Assembly (NCBI GenBank): GCA_964395545.1 | Contig: CAYNAW010000003.1 | Coordinates: 1 to 51,741, forward strand | DNA from: an uncultured Candidatus Bathyarchaeia archaeon | GTDB lineage: Archaea; Thermoproteota; Bathyarchaeia; Bathyarchaeales; SOJC01 | Direction of reading: 5' to 3' | DNA: 51,741 nt | Shown here: in pieces, positions 18,460 to 26,003 of the stretch | Layout of the letters: every line of letters begins with the position of its first letter | How positions within the stretch are numbered: position 1 is the stretch's first letter | Made by a program: the position numbers and the translations under genes | Notes under the pieces: generated by a model | What the model saw: only the letters and a program-made list of their open reading frames with translations | Told to the model about the DNA's origin: nothing | Databases searched by the model: none

Positions 18460-19132
18460 AGGATGCCGTTTTCACTAACTTTGCCTGCTTCATTCTTACA
18501 TCGTTCTTAGCCCTTATGGCGGGCTTCCAAGAACACCGCACAAAGTACGGGTACTCCTCACATCTTTTTGCCAGGTTTTCGAGGTAAGACTTTGTCTTGA
18601 GGTCAGTCATGTATCCGCTTCCGAAGTCGCCATGTCGAGCTTTAAGCATCTCTAAGTGTCTGTCTCGTTCAACTTTGGCGATTATCGATGCTGCTGAGAC
18701 AGCTGGGTAGTTTCTGTCTGCTTTATGCTCTGATATTACTCGTACGGGTTTGGACAGACATTCCACTATGTGTTGTTTATAGCGGTCAGCTAGGACGTCA
18801 GATGCGTCGACGATGGCAACGTCGGGTCCAAGTTTCTCAATGATCCTTGCCATGGTTTGGGCTTCTAAGCGGTTGAGTTTGTGAAGTTTTCTTCCGCTCC
18901 TGACTGCCTTGTCTATATCTTTCGGTGACAGCTTTGCGATGCACGTGGCTATAGCTATCTGCTTGACTTCCTGAGCCAGTTGCTCCCTTTTGCGGCTTGA
19001 CAGAAGCTTGCTGTCTTTCACTCCAAGCTGGACGAGCTTAGCTTGGTCCTTCTCCTCCACTAAGACACCTGCGACCACGAGTGGACCCATCACACAGCCG
19101 CGCCCCGCCTCGTCTACCCCCACTATCCGCAT
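18449..19132 (-). CDS. rnhB: ribonuclease HII
   Basis: MRIVGVDEAGRGCVMGPLVVAG N-terminus and DSK, DASD motifs. Confidence 0.95.
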   Translation of the reverse strand: MRIVGVDEAGRGCVMGPLVVAGVLVEEKDQAKLVQLGVKDSKLLSSRKREQLAQEVKQIAIATCIAKLSPKDIDKAVRSGRKLHKLNRLEAQTMARIIEKLGPDVAIVDASDVLADRYKQHIVECLSKPVRVISEHKADRNYPAVSAASIIAKVERDRHLEMLKARHGDFGSGYMTDLKTKSYLENLAKRCEEYPYFVRCSWKPAIRAKNDVRMKQAKLVKTASSTT

Positions 19133-19144
19133 GGAAGCCCTCTT

Positions 19145-19720
19145 CTACATGATTTTCCTCTGTTTTAGATTTATAATCTTGCTTATGAGTAGGGCTGGCT
19201 GCAGTCGGGTTCCGTTTGCTGACGTGACTTCGATGATGTCTGCATCTTGTCTGGACTTGATCTGTCTGATGAGCGGGTGTTGAGCTCGGTAGTGTATAGT
19301 CGCTAAGACTGGTTTGAAGCTATCACCGGCCTCTTTCACAGCATTGACGAAGGCTTCTGAGAGGAGTTCCATTGGGCCTATTTCGTCGATGAGCACTATG
19401 TCCGCGTTTTTTACGGCTTGGAGTATCGCTGCTACGCCTATCGAGTCGAGCCCTTCGACGTTGACTCGGTATTTACCTATTCTCGGTCCCTCGGTTTGGC
19501 GAGTGTGGGCGAGCCATTCTCTTCTTCCCGATGCGTAGTCGAGGATTTCGAAGCCTACTCTGACGTTGTTTTCTCGGATTTCTCGGCTAATCATTCCACC
19601 TAACGTGTAGCCCCTGGCTTGAAGTCTGTCAGCGGTTTCAAGCAGAAGTGTGGTTTTTCCTGTTCTGGGGGGACCTGTCAGCAGTATCAGCCGTTTAGTC
19701 ACGTTCCCGCCTTGTTGCAT
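19145..19720 (-). CDS. nucleoside-triphosphatase THEP1 family (COG1618)
   Basis: Walker A LLTGPPRTGKTTLL, Walker B LIDEIGPMEL and about 190 aa in length. Confidence 0.8.
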   Translation of the reverse strand: MQQGGNVTKRLILLTGPPRTGKTTLLLETADRLQARGYTLGGMISREIRENNVRVGFEILDYASGRREWLAHTRQTEGPRIGKYRVNVEGLDSIGVAAILQAVKNADIVLIDEIGPMELLSEAFVNAVKEAGDSFKPVLATIHYRAQHPLIRQIKSRQDADIIEVTSANGTRLQPALLISKIINLKQRKIM

Positions 19721-19740
19721 AAACTGTTTTTAGTCGGTGG

Positions 19741-20964
19741 GTGTTAACGTGCTTTGTGGTCGGTGACAGTTTGAATTTTCCTTTCCCCACTGAAAGGGTT
19801 GTCGAGGGCACGGTGGAGGTGGTGGTGCCTAGGCTTGAGGCTTTTATTGAGAAGCCCTCTGATTATGCGCCGTCGAAGGCGCCTGTGTTTTACAATCCTG
19901 TGATGGAGTTGAACCGTGATTTGGCGGTTCTGGCTTTGCAGGTCTTCCAGCGGAGCGTTGGTCGTGAAGTATCGGTTTGCGAGCCTCTGACTGGTTGCGG
20001 TGTTCGGGGGGTGAGGTTGGCAAGGGAGGTGGAGGGTGTGGGAAAAGTGGTAGTCAACGATATCAACGGTGAGGCTTACCGACTGGCTAAGTATAACGTG
20101 GACGAGAATGGTTTGTCTGGCAGGGTAACGGTGGAGCATGAGGATGCCAATTCTCTGTTGAATCGTTTTGGGGCTCCTAGAAGGAGGTTCGACTATGTCG
20201 ACGTTGATCCTTTCGGTTCGCCCATGCCTTATGTGGATTCAGCGTTCAGGGCGCTGCGGTGTGGTGGTTTGTTGGCTGTGACCGCTACGGACTTGGCGTC
20301 TCTGTGCGGTGTATACCCTAGGGCTTGTGTGAGGAAATATGGCGGTAAGCCTCTGCGAGTTGAGTACTGTCATGAATTGGCAGTTCGTCTTCTCGCCGGG
20401 GCTTTGGCGAGGACTGCCGCCAAGCTTGATGTAGGTGTTCGCATGGTTTTCAGTCACAGTTCTGAGCATTATGTCCGGCTATACACTCTAGTTGGTTGCG
20501 GAGCGAAGAAAGCCGATGAGAGTCTGGATAGTCTGGGGTTTGTCTATCATTGTCATGCGTGTTCGCACAGGGAATCTGCTTTAGGCATGTTTCAATGTGG
20601 TAAGGTCTGCCCCGTGTGTGGTGCGGAGATGGCGATTGCTGGTCCGCTTTGGTTAGGCAGGATTGCTAGTGACGAGTTTGTTGCGTCTATGTTGGCTGAG
20701 GCTGGAGTGCGGGGTTTTAGGTTGAAAAAAGTGGTGAGGCATCTTCTAGGATCAGTGAGCGAGGAGGCGGATGGACCTGTAGGTCTGTTCGTGGTAGACA
20801 ATGTTTGTGACAGGCTTGGTTTGCGCGTTCCTTCAGTGAGGCGGGTGGTTGAGGAATTGAGGCGACGGGGTTCTCGGGCTTGTTTAACTCATTTTCATCC
20901 TTGCGGCTTCAGGACAGATGCTTCTACTGTTGTGGTCGACGAGGTGGTTAAAGGGCTGGTTTAG
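19741..20964 (+). CDS. trm1: tRNA (guanine26-N2)-dimethyltransferase
   Basis: FYNPVMELNRDL, DPFGSP and a C-terminal CxxC...CxxC zinc motif. GTG start; the exact start is uncertain. Confidence 0.9.
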   Translation: MLTCFVVGDSLNFPFPTERVVEGTVEVVVPRLEAFIEKPSDYAPSKAPVFYNPVMELNRDLAVLALQVFQRSVGREVSVCEPLTGCGVRGVRLAREVEGVGKVVVNDINGEAYRLAKYNVDENGLSGRVTVEHEDANSLLNRFGAPRRRFDYVDVDPFGSPMPYVDSAFRALRCGGLLAVTATDLASLCGVYPRACVRKYGGKPLRVEYCHELAVRLLAGALARTAAKLDVGVRMVFSHSSEHYVRLYTLVGCGAKKADESLDSLGFVYHCHACSHRESALGMFQCGKVCPVCGAEMAIAGPLWLGRIASDEFVASMLAEAGVRGFRLKKVVRHLLGSVSEEADGPVGLFVVDNVCDRLGLRVPSVRRVVEELRRRGSRACLTHFHPCGFRTDASTVVVDEVVKGLV

Positions 20965-21098
20965 CGGGTGCGCATGTACATGTAGAGGGAATCAGACCGT
21001 CTTCTATATGCTGCAAATATGAGTGTGCAGATGTCTTCAGGGTTCACACAGCATTCGATTTGGATGTGACTCATTCTTCTGTAGGTTACGGCTGAGCG

Positions 21099-22337
21099 CT
21101 AGGCTCTTCTTTTGGCACTTATGATGCTTATCACGTCTCCGTTCTTGAGCACACAGTCTTCTCCTATCCGTTTTTTCTGGCGGGCTTCGATTGCACAGAT
21201 GAAATTGTCGCCCAACTCTGTGTGGATGAGGTAGGCGAGTTGGCGTGCTGTGGTGCCGTAGGGGACGATGTAGGCGTCGGGCAGCACCTCGCCCTTATGG
21301 TTTGAAAGCTTTTCCACGTCCTCCACGGGGTAGACAACGACGCAGTTGAGCAGTTTGAAGTAGGCTGCATTGATAGCTTCTTGAACTCCAGTCGTGCCCA
21401 AAGGCGTCAGGATTCTCTCCTTGATTGTTCGGAGGGCCTTAACTTGGACGTCGCTCAGAGCCTCCGGCTTGAGGATGCTGTAGTTGCAATCTCCAGGTTT
21501 ATAGTCCACTAGCGCTTTCTCGGTTGCCCTTCGCAGGACTAGTTCAGCCTCTGCACAGCACGGAACCACATGATACCCCAGCTTCTTCAGCCTCTCCACG
21601 TTCTCTTCAGCTTCGGGCAAGTCAACTTTGTTTGCAGCGATTAACATCGGCTTCGCGATTCCACGCAGCGTGTCCACGAACCTAAGAAAATCCTCTTCGC
21701 TCCACTGCGCCGGCTTGTCAGCATTTAGTCTTGTCTTTTGAATAGCTTCGAAGATGTGGGCGCGCTTGATGGACAAGCCGCTTAGTCTTTCCTCTAGTTC
21801 ACTGAGCAAGTTGACTCCTCCCCCCGACTCGACAGTCCTCGCCACTTTGGTCCAATCTTTCCTCAGGATGCTTGCAATCCACATTGAGATCTCAACCTCT
21901 AGAAAGCGAGCGTCCTCTACGGGATCATGTGTCCCAGGCTGAACCTGCCTGCCCTCGATGTCCGTTGCCCCCGCAGCATCCACTATGTGGATCAGCGCAT
22001 CTGCTTTTCGAATCTCGTCCAAGAACTGATTTCCAAGGCCCTTTCCCTGCCATGCCCCCGGCACAAGCCCAGCGCAGTCGATGAGCTCCACAGGAATAAG
22101 ACGAATACCGTCAATGCAGAGAGAGTTGGAGGGGTTGTCTTGCACGCCGAACTCTTCATGAACACAGGGTGTCCGAGTGTACCCCACTCCGCGATTAGGC
22201 TTGATGGTGGTAAACGGATAATTGGCGATTTCCGCGGGCGCCAAGGTGGCAGCCGAGAAGAACGTTGACTTGCCCACGTTAGGCTTGCCCACGATTCCGA
22301 TCAAATATGGATGGGTCTTCTTGCCCACTATAGACAA
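21099..22337 (-). CDS. Obg-family GTPase, YchF/Ygr210-like with C-terminal TGS-like domain
   Basis: G1 GKPNVGKST, G3 DCAGLV, G4 NKVD. TTG start. TATA-like CTTTATTC about 35 nt upstream. Confidence 0.85.
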   Translation of the reverse strand: MSIVGKKTHPYLIGIVGKPNVGKSTFFSAATLAPAEIANYPFTTIKPNRGVGYTRTPCVHEEFGVQDNPSNSLCIDGIRLIPVELIDCAGLVPGAWQGKGLGNQFLDEIRKADALIHIVDAAGATDIEGRQVQPGTHDPVEDARFLEVEISMWIASILRKDWTKVARTVESGGGVNLLSELEERLSGLSIKRAHIFEAIQKTRLNADKPAQWSEEDFLRFVDTLRGIAKPMLIAANKVDLPEAEENVERLKKLGYHVVPCCAEAELVLRRATEKALVDYKPGDCNYSILKPEALSDVQVKALRTIKERILTPLGTTGVQEAINAAYFKLLNCVVVYPVEDVEKLSNHKGEVLPDAYIVPYGTTARQLAYLIHTELGDNFICAIEARQKKRIGEDCVLKNGDVISIISAKRRA

Positions 22338-22454
22338 CGGCTTAGCCCCAAGAAAGATTCGCCGAGGTTGAATAAAGGCTTTTTAGGAAATCCTGCAGCG
22401 TTGACGCTGCATCTGCTTTGATGCGAGAAGAAGGAAATGACGGTTGAAGGGGTT

Positions 22455-22464
22455 AAAGAAAAAA
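22455..22464 (-). terminator. U-run (CAUUUUUUCUUU) downstream of the acidic micro-ORF
   Basis: The plus strand aaagaaaaaa reads UUUUUUCUUU on the minus strand, about 32 nt after the micro-ORF stop. Confidence 0.4.
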
Positions 22465-22495
22465 TGTCCAGAAAGGGACTTGTCTGGTTGGGCAG

Positions 22496-22567
22496 CTACC
22501 ATTCTTCGTCTTCCTCTTCCCAATTTTCCTCCTCTTCTTCGGAATCTTCTTCCTCTTCGAATACCAT
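22496..22567 (-). CDS. candidate 23-aa hyper-acidic microprotein MVFEEEEDSEEEEENWEEEDEEW
   Basis: ATG preceded by GAGGAGGTGA (full anti-SD complement) with 8-nt spacing. TAG stop, then a U-run. It lies in an otherwise unexplained 349-nt gap. Too short for the ORF track. Confidence 0.35.
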   Translation of the reverse strand: MVFEEEEDSEEEEENWEEEDEEW

Positions 22568-22686
22568 CGCTTTCACCTCCTCAGATGCTCGGCGACTTAT
22601 TCAGCGTTCCTACACAAAAACGTGGATGACTTTTAAGCGTTTCCATACGACAGATGACGAATACTCGCGTGAACCAAAACCTCATT

Positions 22687-23658
22687 CTAGACAGCATTCT
22701 TCACGATTTTGGCGGTCAAGTAGCCTTTGGGAATCCTGCTCTGAGCAGTCATGTATCCCCAGCACATGTGACGAGAGTTATGCGCCGCACCGACTCTGCC
22801 TCTAGCGTCGACGGCCACAAGTCCCATCTGGTTAGCAGCGTTCCTTATACGGCGGTTCACCTCTCCAATCACGCTTTCAGTAGCCTTCTGAGGCGACCTC
22901 CCCCTGTGAATCAAGTCACACGTGCTTTTCGCCAAGACCAGCTTGATAGCGATTTCCCCTATTCCCGTCGCCGAGCAGGCACCCGCCTCATTATCAGCGT
23001 AGTTGCCACATCCGATAAGTGGAGAGTCGCCGATGCGTCCAGGAATTTTCATCGAGACGCCGCCAGTTGAGGTCGCCGCCGCAACGTTACCGTCCTTGTC
23101 GACTGCAGCAGCTCCAACTGTGTCCAGGCTGAAAAGGCGAGGATGCGCCTGTAGCAGCTTGGTCAGTCTGGGCAAGTAGTCCACATCGTCTTGCGTCATC
23201 TTCTCCTTGAGTTCGTTCCAGTACCGTTCCCTGAGCGCGGTGCTCGAGTTCCTCCGCTCCAAGTGGAATACGCTGGCAAGTTTCTCAGCGCTACGTCCCA
23301 CGATGAAGATGTGGTCAGTGTTCTCCATTACGATTCGAGCCAGATGAACCGGATGCCTGACGTCACTGAGCAGTCCTGCCGCACCCGCCGACAGCGTTTC
23401 GCCGTCCATTATGGAGGCTTCCATCTCGACGCGTTTATCCAGTGTAAGAGAGGCGCCTAAACCTGCGTTGAAGACCTCGTTGTCCTCCATCGACATCACA
23501 GCGGATTCTACTGCGTCCAGAGCACTTCCGTCGCTCCTTAAGATGTCGAACCCGCATCTGACCGCTTCCTTTGCACCCTTGATGCCTGACTCCTTTCGCT
23601 CGTGACGCCACTCTCCAGCCCCCCCATGAACCACTATCACTGGTCTTTGCGTCTTCAT
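22687..23658 (-). CDS. isoaspartyl peptidase / L-asparaginase (Ntn hydrolase, plant-type asparaginase family)
   Basis: VIVVHGGAG and DTVGAAAVDKDGNVAAATSTGG (autoprocessing Thr) motifs. ATG 23658 is preferred over 23700 by homolog N-termini. Confidence 0.9.
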   Translation of the reverse strand: MKTQRPVIVVHGGAGEWRHERKESGIKGAKEAVRCGFDILRSDGSALDAVESAVMSMEDNEVFNAGLGASLTLDKRVEMEASIMDGETLSAGAAGLLSDVRHPVHLARIVMENTDHIFIVGRSAEKLASVFHLERRNSSTALRERYWNELKEKMTQDDVDYLPRLTKLLQAHPRLFSLDTVGAAAVDKDGNVAAATSTGGVSMKIPGRIGDSPLIGCGNYADNEAGACSATGIGEIAIKLVLAKSTCDLIHRGRSPQKATESVIGEVNRRIRNAANQMGLVAVDARGRVGAAHNSRHMCWGYMTAQSRIPKGYLTAKIVKNAV

Positions 23659-23763
23659 GCAATCAGGCTCCAATAGCTCTCGGAAGTAGCTACAGTTCAT
23701 GTTGGATGATTTAAAGCCTACGTCTTACGGAAATACCTAATAAGCTGGCGGGGCTTCTCTCTG

Positions 23764-23830
23764 TTTGGGATGATGTGTGGCGACGGCGTGGAGCCCATGT
23801 GCAGTGACGCGCCTTGCTTGCTGACCCACA
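23764..23830 (+). ncRNA. weak candidate C/D box sRNA
   Basis: UUUGGG-AUGAUGU(C)-12 nt-UGGA(D')-8 nt-GCAGUGA(C')-13 nt-CUGA(D)-CCCACA. The flanks can pair 6/7. The C, C' and D' boxes are all imperfect. Confidence 0.2.
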
Positions 23831-23875
23831 CTGCTGATTACTTGCAAAGTCCACCTGCCCCCTGAGGAGGACAAT

Positions 23876-24484
23876 ATGAGAACACAGATGCTGAAAGCCA
23901 CTTTAGAAACCGTCGAAGACGTCGCCCGAACAGTAAGGAATGGCGGACTAGTTGTCTATCCCACGGACACCGTCTATGGGTTGGGATGCGACCCCTTCAA
24001 CATAAGTGCTGTCAAACGGCTGATAAGCGCAAAGGGCTCTCGGGGCAAGCCCCTGCCGATCCTCGCCCACTGTTTAGACGATGTCGAACGAGTGGCTGAG
24101 CTCTCTGAACTAGCCAGAAGAATCGGTGAAAGGTTTTGGCCAGGACCCCTCACTTTGGTTCTGCCGAAGAAGGGGGTTCCTGACGTCGTCACTCTGGGCG
24201 CAACATCTGTGGGCGTCAGAATACCTGACCACAGGGTTACCCTCAGACTCGTTGAGTTGTCGGGCGGACTACTCGTGGGAACCAGTGCAAACAAGACTGG
24301 TCTACCCCCTCCGTCTACTGCCTCTGAAGCCTATGAACAGCTGCGGGGCAAAGTGGACGTTGTTCTGGATGGTGGGGCTGCTAAGCTGCGAGCCTCTTCA
24401 ACCGTACTCGACTTGACAGGCGAAGTGCCCAAAGTGCTGCGTAAAGGTCCGTTGACGGTTGGAAAATTGTTCGAGGAAGACTGA
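23876..24484 (+). CDS. tsaC: L-threonylcarbamoyladenylate synthase, YrdC/TsaC-type (no Sua5 C-terminal domain)
   Basis: VVYPTDTVYGLGCDP, KGSRGKPLPIL, RIPDH and SANKTG motifs. SD GAGGAGG. Confidence 0.9.
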   Translation: MRTQMLKATLETVEDVARTVRNGGLVVYPTDTVYGLGCDPFNISAVKRLISAKGSRGKPLPILAHCLDDVERVAELSELARRIGERFWPGPLTLVLPKKGVPDVVTLGATSVGVRIPDHRVTLRLVELSGGLLVGTSANKTGLPPPSTASEAYEQLRGKVDVVLDGGAAKLRASSTVLDLTGEVPKVLRKGPLTVGKLFEED

Positions 24485-24506
24485 GTCAGGTTGTTTGGAC
24501 GTTTGT

Positions 24507-25508
24507 TTATTTGATGTTTGCGATTTCTTCCAGAAACTGAGCTACGTTTCTTCCAGTCGCCGTCAATTCATAGTGTAGCGGCATCTCTCGTCTGAACACC
24601 AGTTTCTTTCCCCTCAGGTTTCTCAGGTACTTGTAGACTCGGCGGAGGTTAACATTCGTAGCCTTCGACAAGGGGCGGGCAGAAATGCCGGCTTGCGGAA
24701 TCGCTTCATGTAGTCTTTTCTGTGTCGATGTCAGTCTTTCGAGATCTGGCGATCTTTTGGTTCGGAAGTAGAAGATGCGGTCAGAATCCGAGTTGTTGAC
24801 GATGAGGTTGCGCATTTGGAGACGTTTCACAGTCCTCGACATGCTCTTCGTGGGGGCGACTTTGAGCAGTTCTTCGCGCGTTTTCGGGCTGTTTATGAGG
24901 GTTCTCAGGATCTTTTCTTCATGACCGCTCGAGTGGATTGGCAGCTGGCCTGCAAAACCATGTTTAGCCACTGCATCGTTTATCCTTCTGCCGTACAATG
25001 TAAGTTTGAGGCGTTTTCCGTCGTCTTCTACTAGCCTGGCTTGGATGAGCGGTTCCAAATAGTCGGTGATGGTCTTCTGACTGTGGAGGTATCCTCGTCG
25101 GCCGAGAGTGTTCTGCAAGTCTTCAAGCGAATGTGGGGATTCGCTCAGAGTGGTGAGTATGGCTAGTCTTCTCTCATTCTTGAGGGTGTTGAGCAATGTA
25201 AGCCCGTGGTTGCTATCTGAAAGGACTTTGTTGGCTTCGCGGAGTTCCCTCTTGACTTTCCACGTGTCGCATTGTTCCACACATAGCATGGGTGAGATAA
25301 CGTTGCATGTTTTGCATCGTTCCTCCATCACTTGGAGTGTCTGCTCCAGCGTGCATCCCTCGTCTATCATCTTCCGTGAGAGCCACAGGGAGTTTCCGCT
25401 GAGCTTTCGGCTGTCTGCCCGCTTTTGTGGAGAATCGTATGTCATAGGGGCTTTGTCATAGGGGAACCTGCTCTTTCGGGGGGAGAAAGGAGAAGAGGGT
25501 TTCTTCAA
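24507..25508 (-). CDS. multi-wHTH (ArsR-like) transcriptional regulator with N-terminal Cys4 motif
   Basis: CKTC-x7-C-x3-C cluster followed by three winged-helix-like repeats (RLAILTTLSESPHSLEDL.., ILRTLINSPKTREEL.., RLHEAIPQAGISARPLSKA..). TTG start with GGAGG 7 nt upstream; an alternative ATG lies at 25445. Confidence 0.65.
   Translation of the reverse strand: MKKPSSPFSPRKSRFPYDKAPMTYDSPQKRADSRKLSGNSLWLSRKMIDEGCTLEQTLQVMEERCKTCNVISPMLCVEQCDTWKVKRELREANKVLSDSNHGLTLLNTLKNERRLAILTTLSESPHSLEDLQNTLGRRGYLHSQKTITDYLEPLIQARLVEDDGKRLKLTLYGRRINDAVAKHGFAGQLPIHSSGHEEKILRTLINSPKTREELLKVAPTKSMSRTVKRLQMRNLIVNNSDSDRIFYFRTKRSPDLERLTSTQKRLHEAIPQAGISARPLSKATNVNLRRVYKYLRNLRGKKLVFRREMPLHYELTATGRNVAQFLEEIANIK
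25436..25464. promoter_or_regulatory. extra GTCATA half-sites (GTCATAGGGG x2) inside the 5' end of ORF 24507-25508
   Basis: GTCATAGGGG at 25441-25450 and 25455-25464. The reverse complement of 25436-25447 is CTATGACATACG, identical to 25530-25541. Confidence 0.5.
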
Positions 25509-25527
25509 ATCTGTTCCTCCATCGCTT

Positions 25528-25566
25528 CACTATGACATACGTCATAATACTATGACGTGCGTCATG
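25528..25566. promoter_or_regulatory. two phased palindromic operator-like sites in the divergent intergenic region
   Basis: TATGAC-ATAC-GTCATA (25531-25546) and TATGAC-GTGC-GTCAT (25551-25565), 20 bp apart. They abut TTATATA (25567-25573) and TAGTATTA on the other strand. Confidence 0.65.
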
Positions 25567-25610
25567 CTTATATACCTTTCCCACACACCACTATACGGAG
25601 CAACAGCCCA

Positions 25611-26003
25611 TTGAAACTCCCCTGCGAAATAGCAGTAAAGTCCGTTGTCCCCGCTATACGCGCCCTCATCGCCAAAGAACTCGTCGAAACCCATAGAATG
25701 AGACAGCGCGAAGCCGCCCAACTACTCGGCATAACCCAGACAGCAATAAGCAAGTATGAACACCGCGTCAGGGGAAGGATAATCTCAATAGACAACGATC
25801 AGGAGGTTATGACGTTCATCGCCGAGACCGCAACTTCGCTCGCACACGGTGGTTTGGACAGGGCAGCCCTGGTTTCGCATATTTGCACTACGTGCAGACT
25901 CGTGCGTGAGAAACGCCTCATGTGCGAGCTATGCAAACGCACGAGCCCAACCCTCGATACTGAGCAGTGCAGACTGTGCTCTTTTGCATGCAGAGAATTC
26001 TAG
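25611..26003 (+). CDS. HTH transcriptional regulator (COG2522-like) with C-terminal Cys-rich metal-binding tail
   Basis: LPCEIAVKSVVPAIRALIAKELVETHRMRQREAAQLLGITQTAISKYEH, then CTTC..CELC..CRLCSFAC. The track start GTG 25557 lies upstream of the TATA-like box, so TTG 25611 is favoured. The start remains uncertain. Confidence 0.65.
   Translation: MKLPCEIAVKSVVPAIRALIAKELVETHRMRQREAAQLLGITQTAISKYEHRVRGRIISIDNDQEVMTFIAETATSLAHGGLDRAALVSHICTTCRLVREKRLMCELCKRTSPTLDTEQCRLCSFACREF

Noticed and set aside
22437-22805. 122-aa Ser-rich ORF on the plus strand.
   Set aside because: The poly-Ser stretch is simply the antisense reading of the GAA/GAG-rich acidic micro-ORF. The 3' part is antisense to the asparaginase gene. 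There is no SD and no family resemblance.
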